Source: an uncultured delta proteobacterium
GTDB taxonomy: Bacteria; Desulfobacterota; WTBG01; CAIYCZ01; CAIRTM01
Length of the DNA stretch: 64,000 nucleotides
Reading direction: 5' to 3'
Assembly (NCBI GenBank): GCA_963804955.1
Contig: CAWDSQ010000008.1
Span: forward strand, 1 to 64,000
Position numbers and translations under genes: made by a program. Below are positions 53,898-62,447 of the stretch, piece by piece. The notes below the pieces were generated by a model, which was given only the letters and a program-made list of their open reading frames with translations, was not told the origin of the DNA and did no database searches. How positions within the stretch are numbered: the first letter of the stretch is position 1; each line of letters starts with the position of its first letter.

Positions 53898-54593
53898 TTA
53901 GTCCTTAAGGCAACGCACGGAAAGGCTTGTGGCCCTTTCCATGCTCCACTGACCTTCCTCCGCCCGGTAAATGGACTTGAGGCCGTAATCAAGGACACGG
54001 AACCAAACTTTGCTGTTGGCGTTTTCAGTAGAGGTCCAGTAGATGGCATGCCTGCCCATAACATCGCAAGAGCCATCGTCGTAACAGACACCGGCAGGCA
54101 CAGCGGAAAATTTGCTTGAGTTTGTGGCTCCTACATTAGGGTAGTTCCATAACCCGGTTTCGTCTCGTAAGTTGCCGGTTGCTTTCAGCATACCACCAGC
54201 CCATATGCTTTCTTCCACAACGCTGGAACCCGCTTGAGGGTCCGCCTTGGGATCCAGATATTTTATAAGGGTTGACCACTCCTCGTCACTTCCCAGATGC
54301 CAGCCGGCAGGGCAGGCTGTTTTCGATGCTTCCCAGTCGTATAGCCTGCCATAAATTTCGCAATTTGCAGTGTCGTCATCATAGCACTTACTTTCATCGC
54401 TCGCGTAGTTAAGGTCCCGCGCAAGCCAGGTCTGCTCTCCAAGGGTTACTGTTTGATAGGTCTGTGCATCGCGAGCATCTGTCATTTCTCCCAAAACAGG
54501 TGTAGGATCAGGAGGTGGGGTTTTTTTGCAACCACCTGCAAATAAAAATAACAAGGCCATCATTATTAGTGAAAATGTTTTAATTCCCTTCAT
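53898..54593 (-). CDS. FISUMP-like domain lipoprotein (tandem paralog)
   Basis: Lipobox AGGC; same motifs; TTGACG-17-TATTTT promoter at 54652-54680. Confidence 0.87.
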   Translation of the reverse strand: MKGIKTFSLIMMALLFLFAGGCKKTPPPDPTPVLGEMTDARDAQTYQTVTLGEQTWLARDLNYASDESKCYDDDTANCEIYGRLYDWEASKTACPAGWHLGSDEEWSTLIKYLDPKADPQAGSSVVEESIWAGGMLKATGNLRDETGLWNYPNVGATNSSKFSAVPAGVCYDDGSCDVMGRHAIYWTSTENANSKVWFRVLDYGLKSIYRAEEGQWSMERATSLSVRCLKD

Positions 54594-54934
54594 ATGCTTT
54601 CTCCTTGTTAAGGGTTTTATTTGCCTTGGCAGGCGTCTTTGCACTAGATTTAAAATATCAAAAATATAAATTTACGTCAATATGTTTTATGGACTCATAG
54701 AGGCTCTTTGATCTTAAATCGTAAATCTAACCTTAAATCGTAAATCGTGTCTTCGACCGTAAAACTGACCACTCAAATGACCTGACTTACAGGATTTCGG
54801 CCAGAAGCCTGGCGTTCAAACTATAGGAAAAATTTAATTTTTAAGATGTCGTGTTCAGCAAAGGGCCCAAATCAAAAGGCTTCTGAAGATTCGGAGGGCC
54901 GGTGAGAACGGGGCAATAAACAATGGCGTGGTCC

Positions 54935-54974
54935 GTAATTTCCCGTGCCCGGATGTGTCCGCGCCGGGGAGCCA
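54935..54974 (+). repeat. Terminal att-like repeat R6 with near-exact tRNA-Asn 3' end
   Basis: gtaatttcccgtgcccggatgt-gtccgcgccggggagcca versus tRNA gtccgcgctggggagcca (one mismatch in 18). Confidence 0.9.
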
Positions 54975-54981
54975 TATATAT

Positions 54982-55015
54982 ACTGCCGCAGCTGTAAACG
55001 AAAGCGGCAGTTTTG
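54982..55015 (+). terminator. Distinct terminator after R6
   Basis: actgccgc...gcggcagt-tttg. Confidence 0.65.
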
Positions 55016-55036
55016 TTGTGGCGCTTGATTCTGCCG

Positions 55037-55270
55037 GGCTATGTCTATGTTTTGAAATACAAGCCTATCAGGCCGATTCTTTGTCGCCAGACAACCGCGT
55101 ATCGTTCAGCCTGCAGGCACACAATGATAAAGAGCGGGAGAGGACAAGGCATATCCGCAAGCAGCAGGGCTCATGGCTGCTTATATATCAGGAGCAGTGC
55201 ATCAGCCGGCCAGAGGCAATGCAGCGGGAGGAGTTTTAAAACGGGTTGTGTCGTGAAAAAATAAAAGAGA
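55037..55270 (+). pseudogene. Degenerate small GIY-YIG nuclease (UPF0213-like)
   Basis: GYVYVLK in one frame; LQAHN...WLLIYQE...SRPEAMQRE in another, followed by a stop. Confidence 0.6.
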
Positions 55271-55533
55271 TTATGGTGGATGCTCAGTCGGTAGGGGCTG
55301 CCGCGACGAATATGATGCGCCGAAAGCTTTCCATGCCTCTGCCGGTGAGCCATGGCGCAGAGTGTGCCGTTATGGTTTGTGCCATATCAGGTGCAAAGCA
55401 TTTTGTCTGTCCTCCCAGCGTTGCACCTGGCGTAAAACAGCTTGCATATACGGCTTGTTTTGTTTTTGCGTATTTCTATACATTGGCACGCAACTTGAAG
55501 TTAATAAAGATATATCCAACACAAGAGGCGAGC

Positions 55534-56124
55534 ATGAATATACTCATTGCAGACGACGATGCTGATTCAAGGACTTTACTTGAAGTTCTTCTCCAAAAAA
55601 TGGGGTACGGTGTTATAACCGCACAAGACGGCACTGAAGCATTAGAAAAGATGCAATTACCCGGCTCTCCCACCCTTGTTATTCTGGACTGGATGATGCC
55701 GGGTATGGAGGGCATTGAGGTCTGCCGCCGTTACCGTGAGCACTGTAGAGATGAAACAAAATATATCATCTTGCTGACAGCAAAGGATTCCATAGACAGC
55801 ATTGTGGATGGGTTGGCTGCGGGAGCAAACGATTATATCTCGAAGCCGTTCAATAAACGCGAGCTTTTTGCCCGATTGAATGTCGGCAGGCGCTTTATCG
55901 AACTTCAGCAAAAACTGGCTGATCACATAGCAGAACTCAAGGATTCACTTGAACACGTTAAAAAACTTCAGGGGATATTGCCGATCTGCATGTACTGCCA
56001 TAATATCCGCAACGATCAGGAAAGCTGGGAGCGTATCGACAACTATATCGCGGATCACTCAGATGCCGAGTTCAGCCACGGCATCTGTCCCGAGTGCTTT
56101 GCAAAGCATCATTCGAGTGCTTAG
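55534..56124 (+). CDS. Response regulator with C-terminal ICxxC...SHGICPEC domain
   Basis: LDWMMPG and KPF; LPICMYCHNIR and FSHGICPEC. Confidence 0.88.
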   Translation: MNILIADDDADSRTLLEVLLQKMGYGVITAQDGTEALEKMQLPGSPTLVILDWMMPGMEGIEVCRRYREHCRDETKYIILLTAKDSIDSIVDGLAAGANDYISKPFNKRELFARLNVGRRFIELQQKLADHIAELKDSLEHVKKLQGILPICMYCHNIRNDQESWERIDNYIADHSDAEFSHGICPECFAKHHSSA

Positions 56125-56362
56125 TAGTGCCGCCTGCCTCAACATCTGAAAGCAGAGACCCTGCCCCTTCGCCCTGAGCCGGGGTCAAAGGGTTGAACGG
56201 TTCAATGCCCGACCGGAGGCTTTTGCAGTATTGCAATGGAATAAACAGGCCTCGGCATAGAAGGTTGGGTTGATTCGCGAGGCGGAAAAACTCAGCGGGT
56301 TCTTCCTGAATGCCGGCTTTTATGCCGCACCTGTTTTGGATAGAGAGGATTTTTTTTATACA

Positions 56363-58061
56363 TCATGATTCAGGGCAGGGAAGCTTTATCGTAAAGGTGG
56401 TTCCCGCGCCCACTTCACTTGTGACCGTGAGCCTGCCATGATGCTTTTTGGTGACTATATCATAGGCAATGCTGAGCCCCAGGCCGCTGCCGACCCCCAC
56501 TTCCTTTGTGGTAAAAAAAGGCTCAAATATTCTTGCGATGTTATTTTCGGATATCCCGCAGCCCGTATCAGCTATTGAAATGCAAACCGAACCGTCACGC
56601 GCCCGGGTTTTTATTGTTATGACGCCTTCTTTTTCTATGGAATGGGCAGCGTTGACAAGCAGGTTCATGAAAACCTGGCCTATCTGATGAGAATGTCCTT
56701 TTATAGGCGGTATGTCGCCATAGTCCTTATTGATCGTGGTTTTGTATTTAAGCTCATTCCAGACTATATTAAGCGTTTTTTCCATGCACTCATGCACATC
56801 AAAAAGCTCCGGTTCATCGTTGCCCTGATGGGTAAAAAGCTTCAAATCATGCACTATTTTCTTAACGCGTTCAGCGCCGCTTGCCGACTCGGCAATCAGG
56901 TCTGAGGCGTCATTGAGCAGATAATCAATTTTCTGCTCCCTTTTTATTTCGTTCATTTTCATTATAGACGCCGCAGACCCCTCCGCCTCAAGCACCTGAG
57001 GAATCCCGGCTATGTAGTGCGCTAGCCGCTTTATGTATTTATCCATGGTGGAAAGATTACTCGCTATGAAGGCCATCGGGTTATTTATCTCATGGGCTAT
57101 GCCTGCCGCCAGGATGCCCAGGGCCGCCATTTTTTCTGTCTGCATAAGATGCGCCTGCAAATGTGTCTTTTCTTCCTCCTGAAGAATTTTATCGGTAATA
57201 TCGCGCATGGAGAGAAAAACATGCTCCCTGCCGTTAAATTTTATTATTCTTCCCCGGCATGAAACAGGCACGGGCGTGCCGTCTTTTTTGAAATGTTCCA
57301 CACGCAGCAGGATAAATGCCGGGCCTTCCCCGGTCTTCGTGAATCCCTCGCACAAACTTTTATAATTGTCTTCATTCATAAGCAGCAGCAGATCCTTGCC
57401 CACCACCTCGTTTTTTTCATATCCGTACAAGTTTTGAGCCGCCATATTAATGTCAGAAATAATTCTGGATGCTGTATCAAATATGATAATAGCATCGGAT
57501 TCCTTCTCAAACAAAAGGCGAAACCGCTCCTCGCTTTCCTGCAGTTTTTTCTGAAGCTCATACCGGTAGAGCGCCATCTTCATCGTGGAGATAAGCTCCT
57601 TGGGGACAAAGGGCTTTATAATGTAGCCATACGGCTCCGATATTTTCGATTCTTCCATGGTCCATTCATCTGAACATGCGGTTATGAAAACGACGGGAAT
57701 ATTCAGCTGCTTTTTTATCTCATGCGCCGCCTGAACACCATTCATGTCACCCTGCAGCATGTATATCCATCAATATCAGGTCAGGGCGGTGCTCTATCGC
57801 CTTTGCAATGGCCCCCTCACCCGTCAGAGCCATATCGACAACTTCATACGCATTGTTCACAAGGAGCGTTTTAATAAAAAGAGCGGTCAGCTGTTCGTCT
57901 TCAACAATTAAAACCCTGATCGCGCGTTTGGGCATGCCCTCACCGGACTCGATGCACTGCTGTTGAGCGCAGGCTGAACTATCCTGACCGTTATCGCAGC
58001 AGCCGGTCATGCTTCGGCCGCAGGCGCCAGCCGCTTCTCTGTTTACTTCCGGATTTACCAT
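56363..58061 (-). CDS. REC-PAS-histidine kinase; indel near 57755; start uncertain
   Basis: LIVEDE...LILMDI / KPF receiver, PAS, AHEINNP and GSGLGL. Confidence 0.85.
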
Positions 58062-58063
58062 GG

Positions 58064-58654
58064 TTACCCCACCTGACATTTACACCAGTTTTTGATTTCT
58101 TCGATGTCACCTTTTGACATTTCATCAATTACCACAGCATCGGAAGTGTCCCGCTTAACGGAGCCGATGCCGGGGAACTCCTCCTCGATCCGCGCAAGCT
58201 CATTGCGCTGTATCAGAACGGTGCGCAGCAGCAGATTCCGTTCCTCCTCAATGTCGTATTTTTCAAGGCCAAGCTTTACTGAAAGCTTCAGTTCGTCAGG
58301 ATCCCACGGCTTGGTAAAAAAGCGGTAGATTTCACCATCATTGACGGCTTTCATGACGGTTTTTACATCAGCCCTGCCCGTAAACAGCGTGCGTATAATC
58401 TGGGGGTGTTCTGCGCGCACCCAGGCCAGCAGTTCATGGCCCGACATTCCGGGCATCATCGCATCGGAAATGACAAGATGCACCTGCTCTTTTTCAATGA
58501 CCTCGCGCGCCTTAAAAGCCGAGTCTGCGGTGAGGACGGTATAGTCTTCATCCTCAAACAGACGAACCATCGACCGCAGCACATTGGGGTCATCATCGAC
58601 GACAAGAATGCAATTTCTTTTCATGGCTTGCTCCATTATTCTTTGGATTTCCAC
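58064..58654 (-). CDS. Response regulator (receiver plus short tail)
   Basis: LVVDDD, ISDAMMPG and FTKPW. Confidence 0.85.
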   Translation of the reverse strand: MEIQRIMEQAMKRNCILVVDDDPNVLRSMVRLFEDEDYTVLTADSAFKAREVIEKEQVHLVISDAMMPGMSGHELLAWVRAEHPQIIRTLFTGRADVKTVMKAVNDGEIYRFFTKPWDPDELKLSVKLGLEKYDIEEERNLLLRTVLIQRNELARIEEEFPGIGSVKRDTSDAVVIDEMSKGDIEEIKNWCKCQVG

Positions 58655-59955
58655 ACAAAAACGTTTTGAGCAGGGGGATCGATTTCACGAATACGGTTCA
58701 GCGTCTCAATGTTTTCTTCGGTCAGTTCGGTCCCCGCAGACATAAAGAGCAGGCCTGTCCCGGTTCGCATGAAGCGCGAGAGGCGCATGCCGGGGTGCAG
58801 CTCCTCCGGCGGGCACTGATTTTCCGGAACGTCCAGGAAACAGGAAAAACTCTTTTCAATGCCCTCAATAACCGGCTTGACACCCAGGATAATCGATCTA
58901 TCGTACTTTTTGCCGGCATCCTGCTCGACCACAGAAAGGGCTGCGGTAAAGTCATACCGGCCGCCGTTCGGCCCCGGATTCGCGAAACGATCTATAGCGT
59001 CGGCCACGGCAATAATGCGCGCGCCCAGGGGAATATCGGTTCCGCCAATGCCATCAGGATAGCCTGCCCCGTTCATCCATTCATGGTGGTGGCGGATGAG
59101 CCGTCCGGCCTCGCGCAGGCATTCTATGGGTTCTACAGCAGCCTGCCCTCTGACCGGGTGCTGCTCATACTCTTTGCGCTCAGAAAACGTCAGGCCACGG
59201 GAATCTTTTTTCAGCACAGCTTCGGAGATACCGATTTTTCCTATATCATGCAGCAGCGCGCCGGCCCGCACAGTGGCTGTTTCATGTTCGGAAATATCCA
59301 GGGCTTCAGCTATGCGTACAGAAAGCTCGGCAACCATCCTGGCATGGTTGCTTTTCTGAGTGTCGCAGAGCTCAATGAGGCCGGAAAAAGCTTCAAGAGA
59401 GTTTTGGAAGTTTTTCTCAAGCTTTTCATTAAGAACCTGCAAATTCTGATTGCTTCGCTGTATGTCGAGCGTCTGCTCCTGAACCCGCTGCTCCAGCTGC
59501 GTATTCCATACACTCAACTCATGGGTGAGCCGCTTGTTTTCCTTAACAAGAGCATACCGCTCCACTGCCTCTGCAACCGTCCGTTTAAGTATGCTCTCGT
59601 CCCAGGGCTTGCTGAGATATTTATAAATTTCTCCCTGATTAATGGCGTCCACGGTATCCTTCAAGTCGGAATATGCTGTGAGCAGCATGCGGATAGTGTC
59701 CGGCTGCTTTTTTTTTGCCATGGATAAAAATTGTGTGCCGCTCATTCCCGGCATGCGCTGATCTGATATAATGACGGCTACTTCCCTTTCATCAAGCAGC
59801 TCAAGCCCCTGCAGGCCTGATGGAGCGATTTCAATGTCATACTCCAGTTCCGCCAGCTGCCGTTTGAGCGATCGAAGGATATTTTCTTCATCATCGACAA
59901 GCAAAATCGTATAATCTTCGTTTTGAATATTCATAGTCCGTTTCTCTTTCGACAT
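58636..59955 (-). CDS. Response regulator with HD-GYP c-di-GMP phosphodiesterase domain
   Basis: Receiver; LLHDIGK, HHHEWMNGAGYP and ARIIAVAD. Confidence 0.92.
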   Translation of the reverse strand: MSKEKRTMNIQNEDYTILLVDDEENILRSLKRQLAELEYDIEIAPSGLQGLELLDEREVAVIISDQRMPGMSGTQFLSMAKKKQPDTIRMLLTAYSDLKDTVDAINQGEIYKYLSKPWDESILKRTVAEAVERYALVKENKRLTHELSVWNTQLEQRVQEQTLDIQRSNQNLQVLNEKLEKNFQNSLEAFSGLIELCDTQKSNHARMVAELSVRIAEALDISEHETATVRAGALLHDIGKIGISEAVLKKDSRGLTFSERKEYEQHPVRGQAAVEPIECLREAGRLIRHHHEWMNGAGYPDGIGGTDIPLGARIIAVADAIDRFANPGPNGGRYDFTAALSVVEQDAGKKYDRSIILGVKPVIEGIEKSFSCFLDVPENQCPPEELHPGMRLSRFMRTGTGLLFMSAGTELTEENIETLNRIREIDPPAQNVFVWKSKE

Positions 59956-60021
59956 GCCATTCGGTTGTGTTCGGAAATGCGCAGGGTTTGATTTCCTTCA
60001 TGAGCCGGATCAAAAAGCCGG

Positions 60022-60399
60022 CTAGTGGTTTTTATAATCGGCTTGCCTGCCTGTCCCGCCCCGGAAGTCTGATCCCGCTTCGCATTCAGGCAGATTGTTT
60101 TGAATGAATTTTATTAATCTGCCCTTATCCGTTTCGCCCAGAAGCCTTGATTCTTCTTCTCCATCCCTCAGCAGCATAAAGGTCGGTGTGCCGGCAATAG
60201 CAGGAGGATTGCCACCGGCTTTAAGAGACATCTCGCGCGTAACATAGATTTTTAATGAGTCGCTGAATAGTTCAGACACTTCAATGAGAGTTTTGAGCTG
60301 TTTTTTGTAGGTTCCATTGTAGTTCAGATACGCTACCAGGACAGCACCGGCCTTCTGGCTGAGCTGCTCGCAGTTGTCAACGCCAATTTCAATTATCAT
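60022..60399 (-). CDS. Thioredoxin-fold-like protein lacking CxxC
   Basis: IAGTPTFMLLRDGEE..RLLG segment typical of thioredoxin C-terminal half. Confidence 0.55.
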   Translation of the reverse strand: MIIEIGVDNCEQLSQKAGAVLVAYLNYNGTYKKQLKTLIEVSELFSDSLKIYVTREMSLKAGGNPPAIAGTPTFMLLRDGEEESRLLGETDKGRLIKFIQNNLPECEAGSDFRGGTGRQADYKNH

Positions 60400-60452
60400 G
60401 TTTCAATCCTTTCATAGGTGCCATTAAGCATATAAAAAAAGCGCCGGGGCAC

Positions 60453-61955
60453 TTAGCCACCGTTCTGATGATGAACCGCCTGCCCCGCAGGGGCAAGAGG
60501 CAGGGTAACGATAAATGTTGTTCCCTGACCGGGCCGGCTTTCAACCCTAATGCCGCCTCCGTGACGCTCAACAATTTGTTTCACAACCGGAAGGCCAAGA
60601 CCGTTGCCGGAACCTTTTTCTTTCGTGGTAAAAAACGGGTCGAAGATTCTATCCATGTCTTCCCGCGCAATGCCGCAGCCGGTATCCTCAACAGACAGAT
60701 GTATAAGCTCTTTCTCCGGATCACAGGCTGTTGTAAGACGTATTATTTTCTTCTCTGTATTTTTTATTGCCTGTGCGGCGTTGATTATGAGATTCATAAA
60801 AACCTGCTCAAGCTGGTTAAAGTCACCTTGTATGAGTTTTGTCTCGCATGCGTATTCCTTGCATACCTTCACGTACTTTGTCTCACCTATCCCTAAAAGA
60901 AAATCGGCGGCTTTTTCCAATGGTTGTTCAATACAGAAGGTGGATATACGCAGGGGTTTCGGCCGTGCAACCTCCATGAGGTCGCGGGTAAGGCCGCTAA
61001 TGAGGAGGGCCGCATCAGACATTAATGAAATTTTGCATTTCGCATCAGCGCTGAGTGGCTCCTGCTGCAAAAGCTCGCCGTACCCTGTTATGACCTGCAC
61101 GGGATTTTTGATTTCATGGGCCAGTTTTGCCGCAAGCTGACCTAAAAGGGCAAGCTTTTCTGATTGCAAAAGCTGCGCCTGCATTTTTTTCTCTTCAGTG
61201 ATGTCACGGATGATGACAAGAATAGCGCCCCCCCCGCCCTGAAGATATGAGCAGAGAGATATTATTCTGCTTGTATCCAGGATTTTACCGCTGCGGCAGA
61301 GCATTTTCTGCTCGCGCTCGCTGAGGGTCTCTCCCTGCAGAAGCCTTTGAAATTCCTCCTGTATTGCGGGCATTTCCTGCTCAGGTGCAAACAGCATGGG
61401 TTGACCCAGAACATCATCACGGGAATATTCAAAAAGTTCGACAAAGGCCGGATTGACAAACTGCACATTCAATAACGAATCGTATACGATTATCGGGTTT
61501 GGAGAAGAATCAAAAAAAGCCTGGAGTATCGATGCATAACGGGCATGTTCTTTTTTCAGCCGGCTTTTTGTGACGGCAAATGAAACGACCCTGCAGATTT
61601 CCTCCTGCTGTACCGGCTTTGTGAGATAGGCGACTGTTTCATGCTTCATGAGCATAGCCGCAGTTTCAAACGAAGGATAGGCTGACATCAGAATGGTTTC
61701 ACAAAACGGGAGCAGCCTTTTAATATCTCCAATAACCTCAATGCCGCTCTTGTTGTCGGGAAGAATACGGTCAACCACAGCCACATCAAAATCCTGCTGC
61801 CCGGCGCTCTTCAGCGCGCTGGGCCCGTCCGGTACGATTACGACGTTATAGCCCGCGTCCGTCAGGAAAACATTAAACGTATCACGTATGCTCTCTTCAT
61901 CATCCACCACGAGAATCCGGGGTTTTATCTCGTTTATTTCATCCTGCTGCTTCAT
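60453..61955 (-). CDS. REC-PAS-histidine kinase
   Basis: Receiver, PAS, AHEIKNP and GNGLGL. Confidence 0.9.
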   Translation of the reverse strand: MKQQDEINEIKPRILVVDDEESIRDTFNVFLTDAGYNVVIVPDGPSALKSAGQQDFDVAVVDRILPDNKSGIEVIGDIKRLLPFCETILMSAYPSFETAAMLMKHETVAYLTKPVQQEEICRVVSFAVTKSRLKKEHARYASILQAFFDSSPNPIIVYDSLLNVQFVNPAFVELFEYSRDDVLGQPMLFAPEQEMPAIQEEFQRLLQGETLSEREQKMLCRSGKILDTSRIISLCSYLQGGGGAILVIIRDITEEKKMQAQLLQSEKLALLGQLAAKLAHEIKNPVQVITGYGELLQQEPLSADAKCKISLMSDAALLISGLTRDLMEVARPKPLRISTFCIEQPLEKAADFLLGIGETKYVKVCKEYACETKLIQGDFNQLEQVFMNLIINAAQAIKNTEKKIIRLTTACDPEKELIHLSVEDTGCGIAREDMDRIFDPFFTTKEKGSGNGLGLPVVKQIVERHGGGIRVESRPGQGTTFIVTLPLAPAGQAVHHQNGG

Positions 61956-62334
61956 GATTGCATTTGCACCCACCAGAGATTTGCTGTGTCCGCTAACACT
62001 CAATTCAACATTGATGCCATAGTGCAGGAAATGTTTTTAATAAATAAGTGAAGGAATTCAGAGTGAGTAAGAACAGGGGACATGTGGATGGGTGTGCAAA
62101 AGCAGTGGGTTACCTGTTCAGTGACACAAAATGAGCGCTACAATCTGTGCCATAAAGGAAAGGCGCCCGTATCCTTCAGGTGGGAGTCGTGAGTTCGGAG
62201 TTGGGTGCGTAGGGGCAGGTTTCAAACCTGCCCTGAGTTCGTCTTTAATTTTCCTCCCACCAGGGGAGGGAAGATGTGAAAGCGGCAGTTCGATGTTTTT
62301 GATACTCCGAACTCCGAACCTAAACCTCAACTCC

Positions 62335-62408
62335 TGAACTAGAAGGCGAACTTTGAACCATTCGAACCTTTGAACTTGAACCTTGAACTTTGAACTTTAA
62401 CTTTGAAC
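62335..62408. repeat. Degenerate (t/c)ttgaac heptamer-like tandem repeat
   Basis: ctttgaacttgaaccttgaactttgaactttaactttgaac. Confidence 0.6.
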
Positions 62409-62447
62409 AATTTTCCCCAAAGGCAAGGCCCCCGGCAAAGCCCGATT

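Larger units (their letters stand above)
37273..55015. mobile_element. tRNA-Asn-anchored tandem island/cassette array of six integrase-free modules
   Basis: Six att-like repeats containing degenerate tRNA-Asn 3' ends delimit unrelated gene modules. Confidence 0.72.

Noticed and set aside
54711..54750. Short degenerate tandem repeats (taaatc-type; also attctg-type at ~31620-31655)
   Set aside because: Low-complexity intergenic sequence with no supportable function.
38547..54974. Repeats as a CRISPR array
   Set aside because: Spacing is 0.8-7.4 kb with whole genes between copies, and no cas genes are present.
38547..54974. Repeats as additional tRNA genes or classical integron attC sites
   Set aside because: They lack D and anticodon arms. 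I see no RYYYAAC/GTTRRRY ends and no intI, and several modules carry their own promoters.
1..57760. Apparent mass pseudogenisation or recoding (queG-like, degP, acyl-CoA ligase, lnt, pyrF, gmk, yicC, transglutaminase, kinase)
   Set aside because: Single-base indels hit essential genes without other decay. Long-read or assembly error is the simplest explanation; read polishing would confirm.
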